From positions 5,312,716 through 5,376,715 of the forward strand of contig MU058337.1 in NCBI GenBank assembly GCA_013265495.1: a stretch of 64,000 bases of DNA, in the 5' to 3' direction. Of the stretch, positions 15,001 to 27,050 are shown piece after piece. The stretch comes from Vicugna vicugna. Lineage: Eukaryota. Position numbers and translations under genes: made by a program. A model generated the notes under the pieces. It worked only from the letters and a program-made list of their open reading frames with translations, searched no databases and had not been told where the DNA came from. Within the stretch, counting starts at the first letter, position 1. Every line of letters begins with the position of its first letter.

Positions 15001-15339
15001 GTGACTGTGTTTTCCTAGAGACTCGAGAACCCTCAGTGATGGAACTGTGCGGGCTGTAGACTCTAGACGCCATCTGCCACTCAGGAAACACAGTAGGAAA
15101 ATGCCACCTGTTCCTACATTAGTCTGGCCTGTGCGTCAAAATGTCACATGTGCTCTTATGTTTTGTTTGCCGTTTCTCTGATTCATGCAGCTAGCTGATG
15201 ACTAATGAGATTTTTACACATTCTAACCATGCATATCCTATTATCTGATTCACGTTGAATTTTATTTTCTTTCTAGTGCATGTGGATGTGTTCCTTTACT
15301 ATTATTCTCTCAGTTTCCTTTCCTGGCCAGTCAGTTATT

Positions 15340-16770
15340 TGAGAAAATATTTTTATTCATTCAACTGCTATTTACCGACGACCTGCTATGACATAGTGAA
15401 CAAAACAAAGAGTCCTTGCCTTTGTGGAACATATGAATTCCATCAGAGGAGACAGGAAATAATCAGGATCAATAAGGAAAATAAGCAGTGTGTAATGTGA
15501 TAAGTGCTAAGGAGAAAAGGAAAACAGACAAGGGGGAGCAGGAATGCTGTGAGCCAGAGTTGTGATTTTGGGTGGTGTAGCCAAGAAGGCTTCCTTTAAA
15601 TGCAAATGGGATAGATGTGAGGGAGCCAGCCCTGGGCCCTCTGGAGGAAGGGTGTGCAAAGCAGAGGGACCACCCAGCGCAAAGGCCCTGGAAGAGAGCA
15701 TCATGCCGTGCTCAGTGCTCTCTCTTTATATGAGGAAGCACATAACTTTTTTTTGGTGAAATACAGTTGATGTACAATGTTGTGTTAGTTTCTGGTATAC
15801 AGCATAATGATTCAGTTATACATTTATATATATACTTTTTCCTTATAGGTTATTATGAGCTATTGAATATAGTTCTCTGTATAGGACCTTGTTGTTTATC
15901 TATTTTATGTATAGTAGTCTGTATCTGCTAATCCCAAACTTCTAATTTATCCCTCCCCATCCCCACTTCCCCTTTGGTAATCATAAGTTTGTTTTCTATG
16001 TCTGTGAGTCTGTTTCTGTTTTGTAAATAAGTTCATTTGTGTCCTTTTTTCAGAGCTCCACATGTAAGTGATATTATACATTTGTCTTTCTCTGTCTGAC
16101 TGACTTCACTTAGTGTGATAATCTCTAGGTCCATCCATGTTGCTGCAAATGGCATTATTTCATTCTTTTTTATGGCTGAATAGTATTTCACTATATATGT
16201 ATATATACCCCATTTTCTTTATTCATTCATCTGTCAGTGGACATTTATGTTGGAGGAAGCACATATCTTGAGAGTAGAAGGGAATGTAGTCAGAAAGACA
16301 ACACGAGACAGATCATGTAAAGTCTTATGTGTCAGTATAAAGACTTTGACCTTTACTCTTATGTGATGGGAAGGCATGGGGACATTGGAGTGGAAAAACA
16401 AGACTGATCAGAGACACCTTGTTTTCTGGGTTGGAAATAGACTGAAGAGAAGCAACAGCAGAGGAGGGTAACTCATTAGGAGACATTTGTGATAATCCAT
16501 GTGAGAGATGGTGGTAGCTTGGACCAGGGTGGTGGCAGTGGAGTAGAGGGGAAGATTCTGGAGGTACAGTTCCTGTCAAGTTAATGAATTTGACTGATAG
16601 ATTGGCTGAGTATTAAAAGAGAAAGATCAACTCCAAGATTTTTGATCTCAAATGATTAGATAGATTTGCTGCTAGCTTGTGGAAGAACATGTTTGGGGAA
16701 GGGTTGGGGTTGGGGGGAAGGTGAAGATCTCGGCTCTATCTCAGGTTAAGTTTGAGGGACTTGACTAGAT
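15340..16770 (-). mobile_element. LINE-2 relic split by a younger L1 insertion
   Basis: L2 motifs on both sides of 15745-16252 (gtgaacaaaacaaagagtccttgcc; agcgcaaaggccctgga; gagagatggtggtagcttggaccagggtggtggcagtggag). Confidence 0.75.
15745..16252 (-). mobile_element. 5'-truncated LINE-1 3' end with target-site duplication
   Basis: Antisense L1 3' UTR and ORF2 end. Flanked by the 13-bp direct repeat gaggaagcacata at 15732-15744 and 16253-16265. Confidence 0.9.
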
Positions 16771-18009
16771 TGAAAATGCTACAGCTCTCACTTAACTCTC
16801 ACTTACCTTTTTCTTTTAAAACCAAAAACTTGATTGACTAATGAGAAGTTCATATGACTAAATTAAGAGAACTTACATTCTTGACTCTACAGTGGATCAT
16901 TGAGACTTGGTCTGTTTTGGTCAAAAATACAAAATCAACAGTGGCTGAGATGAACATAATCCCTATGAAATAAAATGATCAGATTTGCAAAAGCTTGGCT
17001 ACACAACGTGAATTTTACTTAAGCCACGTGACATTATTTAGTATTTTGCTGAAAACCATCAAACATCTGCTTTGGGGATTCCATGCTAATAGATAAAATG
17101 AATATAGCTTGGTTGATGTGCTGAAGTAGCCAGTGAATATGGTTTGATTGACAGTTAAGGAAGCACATCCTACATTTCCTCAAACTCTGTAATGTCAGGT
17201 TTATATCTCACTGAGATGGCCGCTGTTATGATCACCAGTTGGGAGTTCAAAGTACTTTTGATGGTTTGCCAAAATGCTTCCTGTTCAAGTACTAAAGATT
17301 TCTCATACTTCTTTGCCTAGAATAATAAGGTTCAGACCAGTAGCCCTTTCCAGTCTGTGACTTTCTGTGGGTGTGTCTGAGTTTAGAAATATTGAAGTGT
17401 GTGTGTGTATGTATCATTCTTAGGACTTTGCCTACATGTTAACATTTTTCAGCAAGAATTACCACACCCCGGGCAGGTTTTTCAGAGCACTGAAATGAGA
17501 TAAATTAAAGGATAGCTCTTATTCTTGAGAAATAATTTATTGCTTCATATTGTTGAATCATAACCATTTAGTCCTGAAACCCAAACCCTGTACTTAAAGA
17601 GTAACAATCTCATGTTTAAAGTTTCTCCTTTAAACATTTCCAAGAATCTTAAGGGAGTCTTTATGTGATATTAAATTGTTAATTTTACCTTGTTATTTTA
17701 GATCTATGGTTAGAATTCATTCTCTGGTCTAAGAGCATGTATAGAGTATGAATTCCTGTGGTTCAGCGTGCTGGTAATTTAGGGCAAGGTTAATAGAGTG
17801 GTTTTTGTGAGAAAAGGAACTGTTTTATGGAAAGCCTGTTTGAACTTTGCCTTGTTTTGTTTCTCCAAACTACCAAATCTACTTCTGGTATTTGTATGAG
17901 ATCCTAAAATGTTTGTATATTAATTTTTAGATAGCATATTTTTCCAGACTAATATCTTCCTGGATACCAGCCAGTCTAAGCATAGGACCCATGGAACCTA
18001 AGTTACTTT

Positions 18010-18420
18010 GACTGTTAGTCTGTGTAGTAGTTGGGGGTAAAGTAAGCTTATAAGAGAGAGCCCAAAAATGGGATGGTGCAAGCAAAGTACAAGTTTATTT
18101 CTCTCTGAAGTCATAGTCCTGTGTGGCTGGTGGGTGAGCTCTGTCCCTTGAATTCATCCTGAAGAACAGGTGTGTGGGGCAGCCCTGCCACCCTCAACAC
18201 ACACTGATCAAGTGTGCCCTTGGCCTCGGTGTTTGCACCTGGTGAAAGAGGAGGGAGTCATGAGTCCAGGGAAAGCGTTCCTGTACACGGCGTGGAAGTT
18301 GCCCACGTCCGGGAGAACTTTGTCATGGGGCCATCGCTCCCGGCAGGAGATTCCAGGAAACACCTTCTCCAGCTGAGCAGCCGTCTGCCCAGGAAGAGGG
18401 GGAGGATGAGTCTGGAAGAA
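18010..18420 (-). mobile_element. Old MaLR/ERVL LTR fragment (MLT1J/K/L-like)
   Basis: aagtttatttctctct..., gaagttgcccac..., ttgtcatggggccatcgctcccggcaggagattccaggaaa... resemble old MLT1 LTRs. Confidence 0.5.
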
Positions 18421-19039
18421 TGACTGACCGTGGCCGCATAGACTTAACTAAGCAAAGGACAACACTCCCAGTCGATTCTAAGTATCTTCTAAATTCCAGC
18501 CATTTATATTAAAGTCAAAACAAGTATATTTTATACAAATAACTTCTCGATCTTATGTTCTGCTTCTCAAATGATTATACTTGTGTCACGGAACAAAGTC
18601 AGAGAGTTTCAGGGAGTTTCAGGTACAGTTTCAGAATAGAGAGGCACTTTGGAATTTTATGTGGTTATGATTTACCTAGTTGATTCTCCCCATCAGTGAA
18701 AGTAACTAAATGTTTGCTATATTGTAATGTTTTAATCTGGAGTTAAAACTATCTCCATCTACTCACGTTAGGCCATAGTCTGAGGAACCGAAGGCTCAGA
18801 GAGAAGGCCAGTCCCATGTGCTTTCCCCACCCCAGGCGGAAAGGCAAAAGAACTATTGCAAATCCAAGAACACTGGAGGAATTTTCACCATCGCTCCCCT
18901 CCCTCTCCTTGGGCTAGTCTGTTTAATTTTAAAAGCAGAATCTTGCTTTCACAAAGTATACCAGACAGGAATTTGTTCAAATTCCTCAAAAACCAAGCCA
19001 AGAGAAGTTTCAGAAAGTTCAGACATGCGTGGCTGAGTG

Positions 19040-19215
19040 GAAGGAACGTGGTTTTGGAGGCAGGCACCGAGGCCTGGGAATACTGCTTCAGGCGGTCACT
19101 TCTGGGTGACCCTGGGCAAGCTTCTCAGCCCTGCTGAGCCTCAGTCTCCTCCTTTACAAAATGGGAACAGCAATAAGAATAAACTTGGCAGTGTGTGGAT
19201 ACAGAATTAAAGCGT
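19040..19215 (+). mobile_element. MIR SINE
   Basis: MIR core: ctgggtgaccctgggcaagcttctcagccctgctgagcctcagtctcctcctttacaaaatgggaacagcaata. Confidence 0.8.
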
Positions 19216-20489
19216 ATAGAGGGCCCGCCAGTCCCAGGTTGGTTTTCTCCATCCCTGTCCTCCATGATGGTCCCAGGAGCCCGGGTTACTGTTCCTCTGG
19301 CTCTGAGGCCAGGAGTGGTCTGTGGTTTCCACGCAGCCCTGGCTAACATCACTCTGCTCGGAACCTCACCAACCACTGATGAGAAAGCAGAGTGGTGGTG
19401 TTAACTGAGTAAGAGATTTGGGTAAAATATTCAACTCTATTTCCTCATCTCTCAAAAAGAGGCAACACCCGCCCTGCTCTCTCATTTCCATTCTGCAGGG
19501 TTGTTGAGTGAATCTGTCATGGAGGCTCACGAAAACCCTCTGCCAATTGTATAATGCTGAGTTATATCAGCAAATAACAGCAATGATAATTTTATATAAT
19601 ATAAAATAAAATATAAGTAATAATAATTATTATTGATGAAGAAGAATGTATGTGATTAGATACTTGCTGAATAATGAGTTCAAGAAAAGATTATTAAAGC
19701 TTTAAGTAATTACTCCGTATTCCAGACATATTTCTCCATGCGTCGGAGGTTAGTTAGGGGGTGTTTCCAGGGATGGTTTTTCTGCCATTCTCCCAACCAG
19801 GGTTGGAAAGTGAACATCATGCCATCCGCCACAGTGCAAGGGCCCAGTTGCTGTCTGAGTGTCCTGAGCCCAGTACTTGCTAGAAAGGTCTGATCGCTGG
19901 CCAGAGGAGCTCTGGCCTGGGCAGCAGTCGGGCCAGTGTGCCTCATGAGAGCCCGGAGAGCCTCTTCATTCCAGGCATGAGCCGCCCAGTTCATGGCTGC
20001 CCAGCGTGCTTTGGCTTTGGGTAAGTTTGTTGTGCAGTTATATAATGCATACTTGGACTGTATCCCATGAATGACTGTTTTTTCCTTCCTCCTTCTCCAC
20101 GGTCTTGTTATTGCCCTGTTATCTGCGTTTAATGTTGCCTCAGAGTTTGTTGTTAAAATCAAACAGAAAAGCAGGCAGCTATTAAGACATAAGGAGAGAA
20201 AGTTAGTAGTGGGGGAAAGCCACATGTGGTGCAGTAAGATTTTGACACCATGGCATGGGGCCAGCCAGAAGAGGCTTCACTGTCCCAATCTGGTCTTACT
20301 TCATGCTGATGATGGCCTTTTCATCCCTACACGGTTACTAGTGCACAAGCCAAACTGTGACCAAGTAGGCTAGACTGCGTGTGAGCAGAGAATCATGCCT
20401 TTGCACATTAATTTAGAATACTCATTTTAATCGGATGTGCTCATTTATCCATACTACTTCTACTCCATACCTTAAAAAGGAGTTATTTA

Positions 20490-23400
20490 ATGGCTTCTGG
20501 TTTCTACTCCACCATGTAAAGCTCTTGGAAATTGTCGATCCTGTTCTTACAACAAGGAAAAAAAAAAAGCTAAGCAAATTGAAAATCAACAATTCTGAAA
20601 TTGCAGAGCAAACCGCTCCTTGAAATTTGGAAAGACAGCAAGTACAGAGGATCATTGCTCCCCGGGGGCAGAAGCCACTAGAGCCAGAGACACTTAAACT
20701 GTAATTGGATAATTGCTGGAGGCTGAGCATGAACTCACTTAAGAGTTGAAGATCCCTCGAGTCTTGCAGGGGAGGGGCATGCTTTCATGAGTTTTACCTC
20801 CGGGAACCCTACCAGGTTCTTACGGTGAAGATCAGAAAAAAATTCCCTCATGCTTCTGGCAGGGGGAAGAGAACAGCGACCCTTTTCAAGTAGGCTCAGA
20901 ATCCTCTGTTCATGGCGCAGCCATTCCCTGGAGGATGCCTCCATTCCCAGAACCTCATCTGACCTTGGAGGAGGGCAGGTGGATGACTGGAGTTCTCTTC
21001 TGCCTCCCTGTATCACATAAATTGAGAGGAAAAAAAAAAACTAAACCAAAAGACTCTTCTGAAGGTCACACCCCAGGACCCAGGCTGGCTGAAAAACTGA
21101 GATTTAATCATATGATTGCAGAACATTTCCCCTCTCCAATACTTTATCATCACATTACCAGGGCTCCAAACTAAAAGCTGGAATACAACCCAGCTGCAAG
21201 ACACAGAGTCTGTTTAGAAGGAATTTGGGGGGAAACCTAAAGACAACAGGAGAGACAGAAACCAGGACACTAAAGAAAAGGGAAGCCGTTGACACCTGCA
21301 GATACAGCATGCATTAAGGACAGCCTAACTTCTAGCCAGAATAACATGAAACCTCACACGAGAGGCTTACGTACCTGAGGTTTTACTATTATCTATACAT
21401 CAGGTAGAGGTATTACTGTTTCTTATACATCATGTCCAGTTTCCAACAAAATGTTTCAAAGCATGGTAAAAGGCAGATAAAGACACAATCTGAAGAGACA
21501 AAGCAAGCATCAGAACCTGACTCAGATGTGATGGGGCTTTTGTAATTATCAAGCAATTTGGAATTGAAAATATTTTAATTAATAGGCTAAGGGTTCCAAT
21601 GGAAAAAGTAGGCAACATGCACAAACAGATAGGTAATGTAAGCAGAGAGCCAGAAACTCTAAGAAGGTATCAAAAGGAATTGCTGGAGATCAAAAACACA
21701 CTAACTGATATGAAAAATGCCTTCAATGAGCTCATCAGTAGACTAGACCCAACTGAGGCAAGAAACAGTGAGACTGAAGATACGTCTGCAGAAACTTCAT
21801 AAACTGAAATGCAAAGAGAAAAAAAAGAATGAAAAAAATGGAACAAAATAACAAAGAACTGTGAAACAACTACAAAAAGTCTACCATACATGTAATGAAA
21901 ATACCAAAAAGAGAAGAGAGAGGAGCAGAAGGAGTACTTGAGAAATAATGGCTGATAATTTTCCAACGTTAACATTGGATACAAAACTGCACATCAAGGA
22001 AGTTCAGAGAACACCAAGCAGGGTAAGTACCAAGATATCTACACCTGAGTATATCGTATTTAAGCTTCAGAAAACCAAAGACAAAATCTTGGAAGAGCTA
22101 GAGGGGGAAAAAACAAAACAAAACACCTTACCTATTGAGGAACAAGGATAAGTTTTATATTGGACTTCCCTTCAGAAGCCATTTAAGCAAGAAAAGAGTA
22201 AAATGAAATATTTAAAGTGTTACAGAAAAACAACCAATAACCTAGAATTTTGTATCCAGAGAGATTATCTTTCAAAATTGAGGACATTATGAAGACTTTC
22301 TCAGACAAACAAAAGCTGAGAGAATTTGTTGCCAGCAGAACTGCTTTACAATAAATGATGAAAATTCTTTAGAGAAGGAAAATGATGTAGATCAGAAACT
22401 CAGATCTACATAAAGAAGAAGAGTGTTGGAAAAGAGGTAAATAGGTAAATAAAATATTTTATTTTTCTTATTTTTAACTAACCTAGTAGTATATTAGGTG
22501 ATTATAACTTATGGATAAGTTATAAGGAACAGGAGGAAGGAAGTGGGAATACTCTGTTAGAAGGTACCTACACTATCTGTGAAGAGGTACAATATTATTT
22601 GAACGTGAACTTAGATTAGTTGTAAATGTATATTGTAAACTCTAAGGCCACCACTAAATTTTTTAGAGGAAGGATAATTAATATGCTAAGAGGAGTAAAA
22701 ATGGAATCATAAAGAGACAGAAGACAAAAAAGAAACAAAGAACAAGTGCAATGAAAAGAAAAGTTATAAATAGGGTACATATTAATCCGTCTATATCAAT
22801 AATTACTAAATGGAAATGGAATAAATATACCAATTAAAAGACAGAGACTAAGAGAGTGGGTTAAAAACCAATATCCAACCATGTGCTGTCTGTAAGAAGT
22901 CCCATTTAACTATAAAGACACAGGTAGACTGAAAGTAAAGATCTGGAGAAAGACATACCATGCTAACACTAATGAAATGAAAGCAAGAGTAACTGTATTA
23001 GTTTCAGACAAAGCTGACTTCAGAACAAGAAGACTTTTCAGAGGGAAAGAGGGGCATTGCACAGTTACATACGGGTCAGTTCTCCAAGAAAACATAACAG
23101 TTCTTAATGTGTATGCACTTGACAACAGAGCATCAAAGTTATCAGTCCTTCCCAACTTGAGGTAAAGATTCAGTGCAATCCCAATCAAAACCCCAGCATG
23201 CTGTCTAATGGATGTCAACAAACTGAACCTAAAGTTTACATGTTCTGGCAGAAGACCCAGAATAGACAACACAACACTGAGAAAGAACAAAGTCAGAGGA
23301 TTAACGTGATTCAAATTCAAGATTTAATGTAAAGCTGCAGTATCAAGACAGTGTGATATTGGTGGAAAAATAGCAAATAGACCAATAGAACAGAATATGC

Positions 23401-24900
23401 AGCTCCAAAATATACACACACAAATAGAGTCAGCTGGTCTTTGGTAAAGGAGTAGATTCAATGGGAAAAGGATGGTCTTTTCAACTAGTGGTGCTGTGAG
23501 CACTGGAGATCCACATGCAAGAAGATGAATCTAGAGGACATCCAGTATGCCTTTTACAAAAATTTAGTCAAAATGGATCATAGGCCTAAATGTAAAATGC
23601 AAAAATACAAAACTTGTAGAATATCACATAGGAGAAATGTCAAGCTGACCTTGGGTTTGGCAGTGATTTGGGGCTTGGCAACACCAGAAGCATGATACAT
23701 GAAAGATGAAATAACTAAGTTGGACTTCGTCAAATCAATAACTTCCACTATGCAAAAAAACACTCTTTAAAGTATAGAAAGACAAGCCACAGGCTAGAGA
23801 AAAGACTTGAATGAAACATATCTGATGAAAGATGTATATTCAAAATATACAAAAAACTCTTAAAACTTAACAATAAGAAAACAAACCAATTTAAAAATGG
23901 GCAAAATACCCGAACAGACATCTCACCAAGGAAGATAAATATATGGCAAATAAGCATATAAAAAGATGCCCAACATCATATGTAATTAGAGAATTGCAAA
24001 TTAAAACAATGAGATTCCACTACACATCTCTCAGAGTGACCCAAATCCAAATACTGACACCACCAAATACTGGTGAGAACCTGGAACAATAGGAACTCTC
24101 ATTCATTGCTGATGAGACTGCAGAATGGTACAGCCACTTTAGAAGACATTTGGTCAGGATTTTTTTTAAGCTGACATTGTCTGACTATATGATTGAGCAA
24201 TCATGCTCCTAGATATTTACCTAAATTAATTGAAAACATGTTCACGCAAAAACCTGCACGTGAATGTTTATAACAACTTAATTCATTATTGACAAAAACT
24301 GGAAGCAACCAAGATGTCCCTTCATAGGGTGTAATTTGAGATAAACAAGCTGTGGTACATCCGTACAAAGGAATATCACTCATCAATAAAAAGAAATGGG
24401 TTATCAAGCCACCAAGTGACACAGAGGAACAATGAACACATATTGCTCAGTGATAGAAACTAGTCTGAAAAGCTACATACTGTATGATTGTTTCTATATG
24501 ACATTTTGGAAAATGCAGAACTGTAGAGAGGGGGGAAAAGATCAGTGGTTGCCAGGGGTTCAGAGGAGCGAGGTGAGAGTTGAATAGGTGGAACACAATG
24601 GATTTTTAGGATGGGGAAACTATCCTGTGTGCTGCTATATTACTGGATACCTGATATTATGTATTAGTTAAGACCCATCTAACTGTACAGCACAGAGAGT
24701 GAACCATAATGTAAACTATGGACTTGAGTTAATAATAATGTATCAACAGTGGTTCATAATTTGTAACAAACATACCACACTCATGCAGGTTGTTAATAAT
24801 AGGGGGTAGTGTGCAAAGAGAGGGTATAAATGGGAATTCTCTCTACTATCTGCTCAACTTTTCTGTAAGCCAAAACTACTCCAAAAAAATGAAGTTTATT
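20490..24900 (+). mobile_element. Ancient end-to-end LINE-1 (L1MC1-like): 5' UTR, degenerate ORF1, ORF2 endonuclease start, internal deletion, ORF2 C-terminus, 3' UTR
   Basis: ORF1-like peptides at 21599-21802 (LLEIKNTLTDMKNAFNELISRLD) and 21948-22151 (MADNFPTL...EVQRTPSR). ORF2 EN peptide at 22977-23137 (VSDKADF...ENITVLNVYA). L1MC1-type 3' UTR (aatgtaaactatggacttgagttaataataatgtatcaa). Confidence 0.88.
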
Positions 24901-24949
24901 TTTTGAAGTTTTTGCTATTTTCTTATTTAAACTTTATGTATTTATTTTA

Positions 24950-25345
24950 TAATGTATTTTTAAAATTGAAAATGTGCAATATTATATGAAGATGTGCAAT
25001 ATCATGACTCAGAATTTTTAAAGATTATACTGCATTTATAGTTGTTGTAAAATATTGGCTATATTCTCCATGTTGGACAATACATCCTTGTAGCTTATTT
25101 TATACCTGATAATTTGTACCTCTTTATCCTCCACCTCCATCTTGCCCTTCCCCCTTCCCTATCCCCACTGGTAACCACTAGTTCCTTCTCTACATCTGTG
25201 AGTCTGTTTCTTTTCTGTTACATTCACTAGTTTGTTGTATTTTTTTAGATTCTAAATGTGAGTGATATCTTTAAAGTATTTGTCTTTCTCTGTCTGACTT
25301 ACTTCACTTAGCATAATGCCCTCTAAGTCTATCCATACTGTACAC
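24950..25345 (-). mobile_element. LINE-1 3' UTR fragment
   Basis: Antisense 3' UTR motifs (ccccactggtaaccactagtt...tctgtgagtctgtttc; ctgacttacttcacttagcataatgccctc). Confidence 0.8.
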
Positions 25346-25810
25346 CAGAATTTCCTGTTCAGTTGTAACTATTCAATTTTAATATTAATATGAATTATAT
25401 GAGAACATATTCTTGTGTGGGGTTTTATATTATCATATCAGTATTTAAATCAATTTAATTAAATCTTTCATTGTAAGCTATGGAAATTTTATGTTTATCA
25501 TAATACAAATAAGAACTTTATTTTTAGTTAAAGCCATTTGTTATTTGCATTTCTTATCTTGTTTATTGTAAATTACATTTGGTCAATTATCACTCAGGTA
25601 TCTTTCTTCTTTCCCACTTAGACCTGATCAGATTTTAATATGCCTCTGTGAACAAAAAAAGCCAAATTATTTCATTCCAACCTTGGTTGATCTTTTGAGC
25701 CAATGTTTATTTACTAGCTCAATTTTATTTAAAAATAAAGCAAATTCTCAGTATTGTGGCTATTCTGAGGTAGAGTGACCAACTTGACCTTAAAGCTAAT
25801 CCTTATTTTC

Positions 25811-25817
25811 TTTTTTT

Positions 25818-25881
<64 letters not shown>

Positions 25882-25914
25882 TATATATATGAAAAAAAAA
25901 TATATATATATATA
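25811..25914. repeat. Compound (TG)/(TA)n/(CA) microsatellite forming the tail of the adjacent L1
   Basis: (AT)23 at 25825-25870 plus further AT runs, read directly. Confidence 0.95.
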
Positions 25915-27050
25915 TTTTATTGAAGTATAGTTAGTTTACAATGTTGTGTCAATTTCTGGTTTACAGCATAATGTTTCAATCATACATGAACATACATATA
26001 TTCATTTTCATATTCTTTTTCACTGTAAGTTACTACAAGATAATGAATATAGTTCCCTGTGCTATACAGTATGAACTTATTGTTTATCTATTTTATATAT
26101 ACTAGTTAGTATCTACAAATCTTGCACTCCTAATTTATCCCTTCCCACCCCCACCCCTGGTAATCAAAGTTTGTTTTCTATGTCTGTGAGTCTGTTTCTG
26201 TTTTGTAAATAAGTTCCTTTGTCTTTTTTTCCCTAGATTCCACATGTAAGTGATATCATACGGTATTTTTCTTTCTGTTTCTGGCTTGCTTCACTTAGAA
26301 TGACAGTCTCCAGGTCCATCCATGTTACTGTGAATGGCATTATTTTGTTCTTTTTTATGACTGAGTAGTATTCCGTTGTATAAATATACCACAGCTTCTT
26401 TATCCAGCCATCTGTTGATGGACATTTAGGTTGATTCCATGTCTTGGTTATTGTAAATAGTGCTGCTGTGAACATTAGAGTGCATGTATCCTTTTGAATT
26501 AAGGTTCCCTCTGGATATATGCCCAGGAGTGGGATTGCTGGATCATATGGTAAGTCTGTTTTTAGTTTTTTGAGGAATCTCCATACTGTTTTCCATAACG
26601 GCTGCACCAAACTACATTCCCACCAACAGTGTAGTATAGTTCCCTTTTCTCCACACCCTATCCAGCATTTATCATTTGTGGACTTTTTAACAATGGCCAT
26701 TCTGACTGGTTTGAGTTGATACCTCATTGTAGTTCTGATTTGCATTACTCTGATAATTAGCCATGTTGAGCATTTTTTCTTTTGCCTGTTGGCCATTTGT
26801 ATTGGAGAATTGCTTGTTTAGGTCTTCTGCCCATTTTTAGATTGGGTTGTGTTTTTTTATTATTAAGTTGTATGAGCTGTTTATGTATTCTGGAAATTAA
26901 GCCCTTGTCTGCCTCATCTTTTGGAAATATTTTCTCCCATTCTGTAGGTTGTCTTTTTGGTTTGCTTATGGTTTCCTTTGATGTGCAAAAGCTTATAAGT
27001 TTGATTAGGTCCCATTTGTTTATTTTTGCTTTTATTTCTATTGCCTGGAT
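25811..27050 (-). mobile_element. Relatively young 5'-truncated LINE-1 (ORF2 C-terminus open for 187 aa)
   Basis: ORF 26233-26796(-) includes the ORF2 C-terminal CCHC region ([18 protein letters not shown]...[12 protein letters not shown]). Intact AATAAA on the minus strand near 25916-25921. Candidate TSD cttattttc at 25802-25810 and 27054-27062. Confidence 0.95.

Noticed and set aside
19710..20225. 171-aa minus-strand ORF
   Set aside because: No recognisable domain or splice context, and it does not start with ATG. An ORF of this length is plausible by chance in a locally GC-richer patch.
26233..26796. 187-aa ORF as a possible host gene
   Set aside because: It is the C-terminus of LINE-1 ORF2 in a 5'-truncated copy with no promoter, ORF1, EN or RT.
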